The position numbers and the translations under genes are program-made. DNA of 52,183 bases from assembly GCF_001194135.2 (NCBI RefSeq), contig NC_068981.1:190116714-190168896 (forward strand), in the 5' to 3' direction. The notes beneath the pieces were generated by a model. The model did not search any database and was not told the origin of the DNA. It saw nothing but the letters and a program-made list of their open reading frames with translations. This document shows positions 26,315-39,375 of the stretch, piece by piece; the stretch's first letter is position 1; each line of letters starts with the position of its first letter. This DNA is from Octopus bimaculoides. Taxonomy: Eukaryota.

Positions 26315-27620
26315 TCAAAACTAGCAAGTTAGTTTTTGTTTGTGGCAGATGTTCAGGTGCAATAAAGACTGCAAACAAACAGGAAACAACTTCTATCTCA
26401 TTCCAGGGTGAAAAACTAGAGGTAGTCGATAGCTTCCGCTATCTGGGCGACCAAGTTAGTAGTGGGGGTGGGTGCGCTGAAAGTGTAGCTGCTAGAATAA
26501 GAATAGCCTGGGCAAAGTTTAGAGAGCTCTTACCCCTGCTGGCGACAAANNNNNNNNNNNNNNNNNNNNNNNNNNNNNNNNNNNNNNNNNNNNNNNNNNN
26601 NNNNNNNNNNNNNNNNNNNNNNNNNNNNNNNNNNNNNNNNNNNNNNNNNNNNNNNNNNNNNNNNNNNNNNNNNNNNNNNNNNNNNNNNNNNNNNNNNNNN
26701 NNNNNNNNNNNNNNNNNNNNNNNNNNNNNNNNNNNNNNNNNNNNNNNNNNNNNNNNNNNNNNNNNNNNNNNNNNNNNNNNNNNNNNNNNNNNNNNNNNNN
26801 NNNNNNNNNNNNNNNNNNNNNNNNNNNNNNNNNNNNNNNNNNNNNNNNNNNNNNNNNNNNNNNNNNNNNNNNNNNNNNNNNNNNNNNNNNNNNNNNNNNN
26901 NNNNNNNNNNNNNNNNNNNNNNNNNNNNNNNNNNNNNNNNNNNNNNNNNNNNNNNNNNNNNNNNNNNNNNNNNNNNNNNNNNNNNNNNNNNNNNNNNNNN
27001 NNNNNNNNNNNNNNNNNNNNNNNNNNNNNNNNNNNNNNNNNNNNNNNNNNNNNNNNNNNNNNNNNNNNNNNNNNNNNNNNNNNNNNNNNNNNNNNNNNNN
27101 NNNNNNNNNNNNNNNNNNNNNNNNNNNNNNNNNNNNNNNNNNNNNNNNNNNNNNNNNNNNNNNNNNNNNNNNNNNNNNNNNNNNNNNNNNNNNNNNNNNN
27201 NNNNNNNNNNNNNNNNNNNNNNNNNNNNNNNNNNNNNNNNNNNNNNNNNNNNNNNNNNNNNNNNNNNNNNNNNNNNNNNNNNNNNNNNNNNNNNNNNNNN
27301 NNNNNNNNNNNNNNNNNNNNNNNNNNNNNNNNNNNNNNNNNNNNNNNNNNNNNNNNNNNNNNNNNNNNNNNNNNNNNNNNNNNNNNNNNNNGTCACATAA
27401 AAGACACCATTTCGAGCGTGGCCGTTTTCGTGCGGGTGACACGTAAAAGCACCCACTACACTCTCTGAGTGGTTGGCGTTAGGAAGGGCATCCAGCTGTA
27501 GAAACTCTGCCAAATCAGACTGGAGCCTGGTGTTGCCATCCGGTTTCACCAGTCCTCAGTCAAATCGTCCAACCCATGCTAGCATGGAAAGCGGACGTTA
27601 AACGATGATGATGATGATGA
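26315..27620 (+). mobile_element. 5'-truncated RTE-clade LINE (RT C-terminal part, gap, family B 3'UTR and (GAT)n tail)
   Basis: 26341-26547 reads CGRCSGAIKTANKQETTSISFQGEKLEVVDSFRYLGDQVSSGGGCAESVAARIRIAWAKFRELLPLLAT (RTE FxYLG / RIxxAW motifs); family B tail follows the 842-N gap in the same orientation. Confidence 0.8.
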
Positions 27621-27684
27621 TGATTATTATTATTATTATTGTTCATGTTACTATTCTTGTTGTTCTTCTTTTTCTTGTTGCTAT

Positions 27685-27890
27685 TAAGCTGACAGAATTA
27701 TCAACACATCAGTCAAAATGCCTCCTAACATTTCCCCTGAAACTTTACGTTCTTAAGTTCAAATCCCACAGAGCTGAACCTTGTCTTTTCTCCTTTTGTT
27801 TGTCTTTCCTCCTCCCACTAAGAAAAAGTACCAATCAAGTCCTGGTGGGGGTCGATGTATTTGACTAAACCCCTTCCCTGAAAAAAATTG
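27685..27890 (+). mobile_element. degenerate SINE group C
   Basis: GTTCTTAAGTTCAAATCCCAC..GGGGTCGATGTATTTGACT. Confidence 0.55.
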
Positions 27891-28067
27891 CTGGTTCAGA
27901 TTCAGTCTTATTCCTGGTAAAATTTATGTGGGTAGCAGGTTGCTACCTGTAATCTTAAATATCCACAAGCTTTCATTCACCTCTCAAATGCTCAAAACCC
28001 CTCAAATAATCTTTCTTGTCTCCAAGATGCAAACTTTCTATAGAAGCTCTACAGGCCATTTTAATTC

Positions 28068-28458
28068 TTTTAATTCTTTTACTTGTTTCAGTCATTTGAC
28101 TGTGGCCGTGCTGGAGCACTGCCTTTAGTTGAACAAATCGACCCCAGGACTCATTCTTTGTAAGCCTTATTCTATTGGTCTCATTTGCCAAACAGCTAAG
28201 TTATGGGGACATAAACACACCAACATCGGTTGTCAAGCGATGGTGGAGGGACAAACACAGACACACACAAACACTTACATATATATATATATATATATAT
28301 GACACGCTTCTTTCAGTTTCCATTTACCAAATCCACTCACAAAGCTTTGGTCAGCCAAAATATATAGCAGAAGACACTTGCCCAAGGTACCACGTAGTGT
28401 GACTGAACCCAAAACCATGTGGTTGGTAAGCAAGCTTCCTACCACACAGCTATGCCTA
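28068..28458 (-). mobile_element. SINE group A
   Basis: reverse complement of group A. Confidence 0.9.
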
Positions 28459-28484
28459 CGCCTGTGCTATGCATATGCTTATAT

Positions 28485-29050
28485 TCCATTTTATTCCATT
28501 TCCTTCAGCCATTTGTCTATATCTTTGCTTACAGTTCTCAATGAACCAATTATAACAGGCACTACCTTTACAATTTTCATATTTCAAATTCCCATAATCT
28601 CAAATTTTAAGGGACTGTGTTTTTTTTTTGTTTTTTTTTTGTCATTTTTTTCACAATCTTGGTATCAAACAGAAATGATGGATCAATTAGTAGACAACTT
28701 CACTTTTCCTCATCCATTATTGTTATGTCTGGTTTACCATTTTCTAGATTCTTATCCATTTGAATTGGAACATCCCATAAAATCTTGAATATCTCCGACT
28801 CAAGTATTCTTTCAACCCAATGATCATACCAATTATTTCCAGCTTCGAATCCCCATTTCCGAGGAAGTTTCTGGTGCAAAACTTTCACAACCTTAGCCAT
28901 GCCTTTATTTCTTATATTCTCCCTGGGCTAAAACATTCTGCAACGATTTGTACCATTCTTTCATCCCAGATCCCTTACTACATTTTGCTGACAGCTTCGC
29001 CCCGTATGCATATTTTCTCAAGTTGTTTGTTTTTAATGATTGGTCTTGAA
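28485..29050 (-). mobile_element. R4/Dong-like C-terminal fragment (knuckle and RLE)
   Basis: QDQSLKTN, IVAEC, LAQGEYKK, KILWDVPIQMDKNLENGKPDITI, VKVVPVIIGSL. Confidence 0.8.
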
Positions 29051-29319
29051 AACATATCTGGCCATAGCTTGGAAATAGGTAACGAATGATGACAGGAAGA
29101 GTGATTGGCTGTAGAAAACCTACCTCAACAAATTCCATCTGAACCATGCAAGCATGGAAAGGAGATGGTTAAACATTGATGATGAGGTGGATAATATTGA
29201 TGTTGATGCTGATGAAGTAAAAAGTGAAGATAATCTAGCAGGCCAAGTGACTGTAAATGTTGCATAAGACTTGAACGATGAAGAGAAGGAGAAATGCTGA
29301 AAGTGTTATGTGTAGAGTT

Positions 29320-29640
29320 AACACTGAAATGCCACCAAATGTTAAGGAATCTGGACAAAGGAAAAATAAGGAGAACCACAGGGAAAACAAGTGGCGTTTG
29401 AACTTGGTTAAAACAGAGAACATCAGTGAAACAAACCAGTTAATCACATCTGCTGCTAGTGTTGTAGCTGACATAATAGGATACAAGCTGAAACCTGAAG
29501 AAATGATAGGAAATGAAAACAAAGAACCAAACTAGAAGAGAATACAGATGAAGTTGGAAGAGACATGGAAAGAATTGGGGCAATTGAATAGGATAATGAG
29601 AGGAGAGATCAAGAATGTGGTAGTAATCAGAAAAATTGAA
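29320..29640 (+). mobile_element. R4/Dong-like N-terminal ORF fragment
   Basis: LVKTENISETNQLITSAASVVADIIGYK..KEPN*KRIQMKLEE resembles the pre-RT region of R4/Dong ORFs (recognition only). Confidence 0.55.
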
Positions 29641-30366
29641 TGGACATTAAGGTTAGAACATACAAACATGGAAAAGTGGACATGAAAAGGACACTGATAA
29701 TAATTATAGAATTATAAATACCATTGTTGTTGCTGTCGCTGGTTCTTACCATTGGCAAGACATAGTTTTAATGAGTTCCAAAGATTTTGGATTATTATTA
29801 TCTTATTATTAAGATTTTGGGTTCTTACTGAATGAGAATTATTTCTTTTCAGATTAATTCACAAAAAAATCCTTCTAGAAAACCCAAAGATGTGTTTTCC
29901 ATATTGTTAAACTCTTTAAGGTCTACATTTTATTTTTAATTTTGTTTTTTAGCGATTTATCTTTTGTGTCTTGTTTGCGAACACTTATCAAAAATAGCAT
30001 TTACAAGGACGACAACAACAACAACAACAGCAACAACAAGGAGGAATGTTCTCAAAAGAAATAATGAACAGACCATATTTTATGAACCAAAAAGTATAGG
30101 AAAAAAGTTTAACTGTAATAAATGCAGAAACACGCACAGCTCAGTAAACAGTTATTCCATGGATGTTATTAATATTTTAACAAAATGTGCACAACACTGT
30201 TAATTGTAACAACAATAACAACAACAAAGACATTCGTACAGCTGCCAAGCAAAAGTATAAATAAAAATATTTTTCGAAAAGTCAAATAACATTTATGTTG
30301 TCATCACAGCAGTAATGCTGACATAAATTTATATAAAATAAGTAGTTTGGTAGAATTACATGACAG

Positions 30367-31060
30367 GAGACAATACCTCCTTGCTTGAGGTCTCTATCCC
30401 AGAAATAGTAGAGGGCAGTCACATAAATATGTAATTGAAAAGGCTTCTCAGCAGCTTAGGTGTTGCATTAAACAAGGAAAGACTGATATTTCTGTTATGA
30501 TTTTCACTTTGTGAATCTCTGAAAATACATTAACATGATTCAAAATTAACAAGTAATTGTATACAAGTGTCTATAATCGTTATGTAAAAGCATATGATCT
30601 AGTGGTTAGATCATTGCACTCATGATTGCTAGATTGAGGGTTCAATTCTCAGACCAGGTGATATGTTGTGTTCTTGAGCAAAACACTTTATTTCACACTG
30701 CTCCAGTCCACTCAACTGTAAAAGGGTCACCCTTTGATAGAATAGTCTTCCAATCAGGGGGAATGTTAGTCTGCTTACCTCGCCAGTGAGGTGGCATCAT
30801 TTGAAAGCTAAAACAATGTGAAGTGCATTGTGGCCAGTGATGTATATCCCTGAAATAGTAACGAGGGCAGTTACATATCTATGTAATTGAAAGGGCTTGT
30901 CAGCAGCTTAGGTGTTGCATTAAACAAGGAAAGACTCATATTTTCATTATGATTTTCACTTTGTGAAATTCTGATAATATATTAATGTGACTCAGAATTA
31001 ACAAGTAATTTTATACAAGCATCTATGTAACATGAGACAATACCTCCCTGCTTGAGGTCT
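30367..31060 (+). repeat. ~200-bp segment duplicated in permuted order (A-B at 30367-30574; B'-A' at 30844-31060)
   Basis: shared CAGCAGCTTAGGTGTTGCATTAAACAAGGAAAGACT and GAGACAATACCTCC..GCTTGAGGTCT. Confidence 0.8.
30585..30843 (+). mobile_element. SINE group D, subtype 2
   Basis: CTAGTGGTTAG..GGGTTCAATTCTC..TTGTGTTCTTGAGCAAAACACTTTATTTCACACTGCTCCAGTCC as at 745. Confidence 0.65.
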
Positions 31061-31214
31061 ATAGTTTGGTTGATCACATGATACCATGTTTTACTATTGT
31101 TAATCATTGGCTGAATCCTTGAAGCATCAAATTGACACCTTGGTGACATTTATTCCAATTCTTTATGTCCTGTCTTGAAATGTTGATGAGGATAATTTTG
31201 CTTCTTATCCTTTT

Positions 31215-31434
31215 GGAGTAAGGAGTCAATATCCTCCTCCATCATCACTACAAGAACTGGAGACTGTTTTAGCTGAAGAATGGACAAAAATTCTTTTGGA
31301 AACAATTCAAACTTTGTACGAGTCCATACTTCGTAGAATTCAAGTTGTAATTACTACTAAAGTCGGTGCTACCCATATTAAAATAAATTTGTTTGAAATT
31401 TTAAGATGTTTCCAGTATTTTGTCCAACCTCTGC
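31215..31434 (+). mobile_element. Tc1-like transposon 3' end
   Basis: VRSQYPPPSSLQELETVLAEEWTKILLETIQTLYESILRRIQVVITTK; ends in TIR-like TTTTGTCCAACCTCTG followed by TA-rich flank. Confidence 0.75.
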
Positions 31435-31867
31435 ATATATATATATATGCATAGTCACTACAGGAATATATTAATCTCTTATAGGGATGGTTACATCCAA
31501 GTTACACTGGTTTAATATATCATATTGTTTGAGAAATATCTTTTCAATATAAAAATAGGTTTATTTTAAATATCAAATACTATTAAGTAAGAAAATGGAG
31601 AGATTTAATGGATATAAATTAATCTATTAACATTTTTAATAAGGCCTACAATTGTTTCAGTTTACACTCAATACAAATTACAAACCTATAGAATATAAGT
31701 TTGCATTTTGAAGATTTAGAATAGAATATCTTCGGGGCCAATGGACATTAAGGAAACTACATGTTGATCAATTGAAATTCTCCAACAGACTAAGTAGATG
31801 AAATATGTTTTATTTCATGTGTGTGTGTGTGTGTGTGTGTATTAATAATTTGAACACATGCACACAT

Positions 31868-32018
31868 GAGCTTTCAGTTTCCATCTCCCAAATCCACTCA
31901 TAAGTCTTTGGCCAGCCTGGAGCTATGGACAAACACACTTGCCCAAGATGCTGCTAAATGGGACTGGACCCAAGACTCCACGGTTGAAAGCACACTTCTT
32001 AACCACACAGCCATGCCT
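31868..32018 (-). mobile_element. SINE group A 5' half
   Basis: reverse complement of head. Confidence 0.75.
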
Positions 32019-32398
32019 GAATGAACAATTTTTCAGATAAAAGATTGGTTTTCCTATACCACCTACACTTGATGAGTTCTTGCAGCAACCATTAGTCAGA
32101 TTATCAGAGCAATTACCAACAAAATGTCTAGCTCACACTTGTCAAATATCTTTTAGTTTTTCTGTCTGCAGGGAATTTAAAGAACTTATTTCCATTTTAC
32201 TTGTTCTTTTATATTTTTCCAGAAGAATTTTCCCCAGTCTCAAGAGCCTTTCACACTGTGTGAGAACATCAAACATAATTAGACAAACTGATATGAAAAT
32301 TGCATTTCCTTATAAGCAATTTTTATATCTGGCCGTATACTATAAATTGGAATTGACTTTTCATATATTGCTGGTTGATATTTTTTTCTTGATCATTG

Positions 32399-32880
<482 letters not shown>

Positions 32881-33651
32881 AGTATATTTATAGTTGATAA
32901 GGTAGTATATTTATAGCGGAAAGACCGTAAGGGCCACCAGAAGGGTGCTTGAGGGATGCATGCAGCTCTGAGAGCTGTGGTTCAGAACTACTGCCTCAAA
33001 AGCATAGCAGAAAAGTGAGCTTCTTAATCGAATATAATCATATTTGCACCTGTTTTCCATGGTACAACATTGTGAACAATATTAAACTAATTTAAAAGAA
33101 CCATATAATTGATATACACACATCCTATTTCTAAATATACATTCATCACTCACTTTGATTTTTAAAACATTTGATGTAAACAAATTTTGAGAGGAGAAGG
33201 AACCATGAGATTTCGTTTTTGGAATTGAATTAATCTTTAATATTTGTAGAAATTCTATTCTCATTACTACAAAGCATTTCTGAGACACATGTTTGTATAA
33301 ACTAAACCTTTGAATACATCAATTATATCACAACGACTAAACGAAGAATAACTTCTGTAAACAACATATACAAGAATAACATCAGAACCAGATTGACAAA
33401 CAGTGGGAATGAATACAGATTCTGGAAAGTTGGTTGTCATTAATTTATTACACTTTAGGTTGCGGTGGATAAAGTTTGGTTCATTTCAGGCAGGATGCTA
33501 AAATTTTTATTTATCAGACAGATATCATTTGATATCTATTGATATCCATATAATATTAGTCCTCCCTTCATGTACAATATCCAAGTCATACATCAGTAGT
33601 TGTTAAAGTGTTGCAAGAAACTTCTGTTTTTTTATTATTTCTCACTGAATA

Positions 33652-33812
33652 GGTGCAGGAGTGGCTGTGTGGTAAGTAACTTGCTTACAACCAGATGGTT
33701 TGGGGTTCAGTCCCACTGCGTGACACCTTGGCCAAGTGTCTTCTACTATAGCTTTGGGCTGACCAAAGCCTTGTGAGTGGATTTGGTAGACGGAAACTGA
33801 AAGAAGCCTGTT
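33652..33812 (+). mobile_element. SINE group A 5' half
   Basis: head through GAAAGAAGCC, then (TA)n. Confidence 0.85.
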
Positions 33813-33813
33813 T

Positions 33814-33842
<29 letters not shown>

Positions 33843-33846
<4 letters not shown>

Positions 33847-34050
33847 TCACCATCATCATCATCATCATTTAACGTCCGTTTTCCATGCTGGTATGGGTTG
33901 GACGGTTTGACTGGGGTTTGGGAAGCCAGGAGGCTGCACCAGGCTCCAGTCTGATCTGGTAGTGTTTTTTCATCTAGATATCCTTCCTAATGTAGTGGGT
34001 GCTTTTTACGTGTCACTGACACAGGGGCCAGATGGGACTGGCATCGACCA
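33843..34050 (-). mobile_element. family B 3' fragment abutting the SINE A central (TA)n
   Basis: (CAT)n TTTAACGTCCGTTTTCCATGCTGG. Confidence 0.8.
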
Positions 34051-34052
34051 TG

Positions 34053-34351
34053 ATTAATTGAAAGAAACACAGAACATCTCAACAGAAATATGGAAACAAA
34101 AGGGTTAACAAATGATTAATTTAACCCTTTTGATACCAACCCGGCTGAAACCGCCTCTGGCTCTGTAATACAAATGTCTTGTTTACATAAGTTTTGAATT
34201 AAAATCTCCCACCAAACCATAGTCACAATTTATGGTCCTAACACTAGCTTAATGATAACTAAGTTATTTTACTAAATTCTTTGTTATATTTAAAATTAAT
34301 TGAAAGAAATATAAGAGCATCTTAAAATAAATACAGTAATGAAAGGGTTAA
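34053..34351 (-). mobile_element. piggyBac-like MITE: partial unit, spacer and full unit (34125-34347)
   Basis: TTAA|CCCTTTTGATACCA ... GAAAGGG|TTAA; spacer identical (reverse complement) to 16995-17006. Confidence 0.8.
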
Positions 34352-34431
34352 ATAAACTACATTATGGGATCACCATATCCCAGTTTTATGTTCTTTCAGG
34401 TTAAGTATATAATTCTTAATATTTTGTGGCA

Positions 34432-34665
34432 AGTGAAGGTGTCAGGCTGTCAGAATCATAAGCATCCCCAGCAAAATGTTTAGTGACATTTTGTCTGAGT
34501 TTGTTTTTAAGTTCAAATTTCGCTGAGATCAGCTTTGTCTTACATCCTTTCCGTGTTGAAAAAATAGTAACAGTTATGCACTGGGGATGGGGGTGTCAAT
34601 GTAATCTATTTTCCCCCCTCCCTCTGAAATTGGTGACCTTGTGCCAAAATATGAAACCGATATTT
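34432..34665 (+). mobile_element. diverged SINE group C type 2
   Basis: AAGTTCAAATTTCGCTGAGATCAGCTTTGTCTTACATCC core. Confidence 0.6.
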
Positions 34666-35157
34666 TGGTCATGAGGATTATCATACATGATGTGAAATTC
34701 ATATTTCTGGTTATGATATTTTATATAACAGCAATCAAATACCAGGGTGGCACACCACTGCTATGATTTTGTTGTCATCCACACATTGCAAATAACTGAC
34801 AGACAGATGAAAGTTTAACATTCCATTCATCTTTCTAGAAGAATTTTCTATTTAGATAACGAATGTTTCCTAAAGATAAGACAGTCATTAAACAACATAA
34901 AATATGTGTGTGCTGTGGAAGGAGGCACAGGGATATATCGTACCTTTCAAAATTACTTGTCAATATATCATAGGCAGTTGTTCATTTGTTTGTATTTGTT
35001 TGTGATATTTTGAACTGTTTGCTATGTTCTGTTATCAGTAACAATTACTGTGCCTGGTGGACTTAGGCTTATCTGCCTCTCTAACATACAACACTTGGTC
35101 TCCCATGCATAACATGGCCACATTAAATGCAGTACAATTTTTTGATATCTTCTATCT

Positions 35158-35575
35158 TCTTTCGTTCACTTCTGTCAGTCATTAGACTGTGGCCATGCTG
35201 GGGCACAACCTTAAAGAATATTTTGTCCATTAAATTAAATCCAGTACTTATTTTTTTTTAAAGCCTGGTACTTATTCTATTGGTCTCTTTTGCTGAACTG
35301 CTAAGTCACATGGGTGTAAACACACCAACATCCGTTGTTGAGTGGTGGGTGGTGAGACAAACACAGACGCAAAAACACACTCACATAGATATATATATAG
35401 CCTGTCATCATCATCATCATCATCATCATTTAATGGGCATTAAATGATGATGATGATGATGATGACAATGGGCTTCTTTCAGTTTTCATCTACCAAATCT
35501 CCTCACAAGGCTTTGATCAACCTGAGGCTATGGTAGAAGACACTTGCTTAAGGAACTGAACCTGGAACCATGTGA
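35158..35575 (-). mobile_element. SINE group A with a palindromic insert in its centre
   Basis: reverse complement of group A; see the finding at 35403. Confidence 0.85.
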
Positions 35576-35837
35576 TTGAAAAACTTTTCTTTTCAAAATT
35601 AATATTCATTTCATCATTCTGAATAAGCTCCAAGAAATTTGATAAAAGTTAAATTGTAATTATTGTGTTCTATCTTGGGAGGGTCATTGCACCAATAGCA
35701 ATAAATACAAGCACTGGTCCAATATCAGAAACGAAGTATAATTATTACATGTATGGCACGTTTTTTTTTTGTTATCATCCGTGGTGGCCAAAGTGTACTT
35801 CCAAAGTTACCTGCCTGCCATATAACAGACAGTGTAG

Positions 35838-36205
35838 CTGTAATAATATTTTTGGATTTTAACTTTGTTATATCTGTTGTGCTGTAGAAAACTAACAATG
35901 GAAAATCAGAATTTTAGATTTTACCAAAATAATTTCTATTTTTAAGAATATTGCATTATATGCATTGATTGAAGAGGAACGCATTTTTAACTCCATAGAA
36001 AAATTATTAGAAAAGTGTGCTGATATAAATTAAATACTAAATTTAAACAACCATTATTTACAAAATGTAGATAAAGGTCCTATATTAGAAACAGGAAAAA
36101 TTAAATATTTGTAAATTCTAAGTTGGAAATTTTTTCAATGAAATCCTTCCATTATATTAATAAATAAGAAAATATTTAGTCTATTCAAACTCTGATTAAT
36201 CTCTC
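35838..36205 (+). repeat. AT-rich dispersed repeat, copy 1 (copy 2 at 41852-42225)
   Basis: collinear similarity including identical CTATTTTAAGAATATTGCATTATATG. Confidence 0.75.
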
Positions 36206-36789
36206 TCAATTTTTTTCTTTAATTTCACCTATTTTTCTGGATTTGATTAAAATGTTTTCTAAATATTTTGCAGATTGTTTGTTACTTAAAGTGTCTTCCA
36301 TTTATAAAGTCTCTTATTTGAATTGAAAATTGAGAAATGAAACTGTTTTTTTTTTGTTTATTGTTTCCCATTTCATAAAAAAAATTCCCATAAAACTAAT
36401 AAAATAAGATTAATTTTGCATTTTCTTTCTCTCTGACCGTTTTTGTTTCACTTTCAGTTTTTGTTCTAATATCATTTGTTTTCAAAAGAACATGGAGATG
36501 TAAACTTCTTCTGATCTTTTTGATTGAAGAAGTCAATGTTGTTCATGTCTACTGTGAATTTTCGTTGGCTGATGGAGCTGGAAACATCTGGACTGGGAAG
36601 GAAGTCCAGAAGGAAAGTATTGAGTTGAATGTTTGGAATTTCGTTTCAGGATGAGATACAGAAAGACTGACGAGAGGAGGGGAAATGCGTGTGTGAGCCA
36701 GATGGGCTTGGGATGAAACAGTAAAAGAAAGACAGCAAAGGATCAATTCATGTGGATTGTTAATTGTGCTATTTTTAATGTTGTTTATC

Positions 36790-36957
36790 ATAATGATGAT
36801 GATGATGGTGATGATGATGATGTTGGTGTTAGTGATGATAGTGGGGGTGATGATGATGATGAGGAGGAGGAGGATGATGATGATGATAATAATGATGATG
36901 AAGATGATGATGATGATGGTGGTTGTGGTGGTGATGATGGTGATGGTGATGAAAAGA

Positions 36958-36989
<32 letters not shown>

Positions 36990-37072
36990 GGTGATGATGA
37001 TGATAATGATGATGATGGTGGTGGTGGTGATGATGGTGGTGGTGGTGATGATGGTTGCAGTGATGATGATGA
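36790..37072. repeat. (GAT/GGT)n
   Basis: visible. Confidence 0.95.
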
Positions 37073-37274
37073 CGGCCTGTCTATGAGATCAAAATCTGAT
37101 TTATTATCGGTTTATAATTCTGTTAACGTTGATGAGATTATGTCAGAAGATGATATATTCACCAAGACTGGACACAGGTCTCTGTTATATGATTCTTCTA
37201 TCTTTTACCAACATGTTTAGTTCATGATCCTCTCCAGCCACACCATTATTTTGTCAGTTTACAAATTGTTTCGT

Positions 37275-38195
37275 TTAACCCTTTGGCATTCAAATTACTT
37301 CGTCAAATGTATTGCTTATTCATTCAAATTGTTTTGAATTAATTATTAATTATCTTTCTAGCTTCAAGATTTCAGTGGCTTGATTGCTTCATTTTAGAAT
37401 GGCATTGCAGAATAGGTGTGAGAAGCCTGATCTGGTTGGTTTGAACGTTTTTATATTAGAATGTTTATATTTCTTTATTGCCCACAAGGGGCTAAACACA
37501 GAGGGGACAAACAAGGACAGACAAAGGGATTAAGTCGATTACATCGACCCCAGTGCGTAACTGGTGCTTATTTAATCGACCCTGAAAGGATTAAAGGCAA
37601 AGTTGACCATGGCAGAATTTGAACTTGGAACGTAGCGGCTGACAACATACCGCTAAGCATTTCGCCCCGTGTGCTAACAATTCTGCCAGCTCGCCTCCCT
37701 CTGCCATATACATATAGTTATATATGTTTCTTTATTGCCCCCAGAGGGCTAAACGTAGAGGGGACAAACAAGGACAGACAAAGGGATTAAGTCGATTACA
37801 TCGACCCCAGTGCATAACTGGTACTTAATTTATCGATCCCGAAAGGATGAAAGGCATAATCGACCTTGACGGAATTTGAACTCAGGACATAAAGACAGAC
37901 GAAATACCACTAAGCATTTCGCCCAGTGTGCTTACGTTATTATTTCTTTATTGCCCACAAGGGGCTAAACGTAGAGGGGGGCAAACAAGGACATACAAAG
38001 GGATTAAGTCCATTACAGCGACCCCAGTGCGTAACTGGTACTTTATTTATCGACCCGCGAAAGAATGAAAGGCAAAGTCGACCTCGGCAGAATTTGAACT
38101 CAGAAGATGAAATAGCGGTAAGCATTTCGCCCGGTGTACTAACGTTTCTGCCAACTCGACGCCTTCATTAAACCAGTCTAAATGCTACAGGTTTA
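37275..38195 (+). mobile_element. second piggyBac-like MITE interrupted by three SINEs
   Basis: TTAA|CCCTTTGGCATT at 37275; degenerate right end AATGCTACAGGT at 38181-38192. Confidence 0.45.
37470..38165 (-). mobile_element. three tandem group C type 1 SINEs (37470-37696, 37727-37938, 37942-38165)
   Basis: each begins TTTCTTTATTGCCC(A/C)CA(A/G)(G/A)GGGCTAAAC on the + strand and carries the core and B-box. Confidence 0.9.
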
Positions 38196-38286
38196 GAGCA
38201 AAACATCCCGTCTTCTCCCCCACCCAATGTTCTCAATTGTTTCAATTTACTGGATCAGATATTTGTATTTTTTTAATTTTATCTAT

Positions 38287-38340
38287 CTTCTACTTGTTTC
38301 AGTTACTGGACTGCGGCCATGCTGGAGCACTGCCTTGAAT
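38287..38340 (-). mobile_element. SINE group A 3' fragment
   Basis: TACTTGTTTCAGTTACTGGACTGCGGCCATGCTGGAGCACTGCC. Confidence 0.75.
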
Positions 38341-38385
38341 GAGTCAAGCAAATCAACCCTATTACCTATATATATACATACATAC

Positions 38386-38416
<31 letters not shown>

Positions 38417-39044
38417 AAAATTTGTAGTTTAGAATCAGTAGTTCTTTGACTGCTATTTCTAAATTTTCAGTATGTTGGAGAAGCAACTCAATTGCTAATC
38501 CCTGTATATTTATGATGATAAATAGTTTTACCGATAAAGGTTTTTTTCATACTGAACTACTTGGCAAAATTGTTAATTATTAATTCTATTATTAATTGAC
38601 GATTCCCTGCCCTTATTCTTGTATATATATATATATATATNNNNNNNNNNNNNNNNNNNNNNNNNNNNNNNNNNNNNNNNNNNNNNNNNNNNNNNNNNNN
38701 NNNNNNNNNNNNNNNNNNNNNNNNNNNNNNNNNNNNNNNNNNNNNNNNNNNNNNNNNNNNNNNNNNNNNNNNNNNNNNNNNNNNNNNNNNNNNNNNNNNN
38801 NNNNNNNNNNNNNNNNNNNNNNNNNNNNNNNNNNNNNNNNNNNNNNNNNNNNNNNNNNNNNNNNNNNNNNNNNNNNNNNNNNNNNNNNNNNNNNNNNNNN
38901 NNNNNNNNNNNNNNNNNNNNNNNNNNNNNNNNNNNNNNNNNNNNNNNNNNNNNNNNNNNNNNNNNNNNNNNNNNNNNNNNNNNNNNNNNNNNNNNNNNNN
39001 NNNNNNNNNNNNNNNNNNNNNNNNNNNNNNNNNNNNNNNNNNNN

Positions 39045-39079
<35 letters not shown>

Positions 39080-39340
39080 TATGACTAATTAGGATAATTA
39101 ACTACCTTAGGACTATAAAGTATTCAACAATAATACGTGCATTCTTTTACACAGTTTCATAGCATTATTTACGTAATACATAAATTTCGTACGTGCTATA
39201 GTTATTATTCTGTGTAGATATGAGGGTTTTTAAGTATTTTAAATCTTCAATAAACTATATATTTTAGGTAGATCTTTTTTTTTTTCGATAATTTCGTTAT
39301 TATTATAGTAAATATGATACGTATTCATCTCTGGGTAATG

Positions 39341-39375
39341 GACGCCATATTTGTCACGTGACTTTTCAGTATAAA
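39341..39375 (+). promoter_or_regulatory. YY1-like, palindromic E-box and TATA-like cluster
   Basis: GACGCCATATTT, GTCACGTGAC and TATAAA within 35 bp of otherwise CpG-poor DNA. Confidence 0.25.

Noticed and set aside
36490-36620. Open frames on both strands near strong polypyrimidine tracts
   Set aside because: Ambiguous strand, early stops, nothing recognisable.
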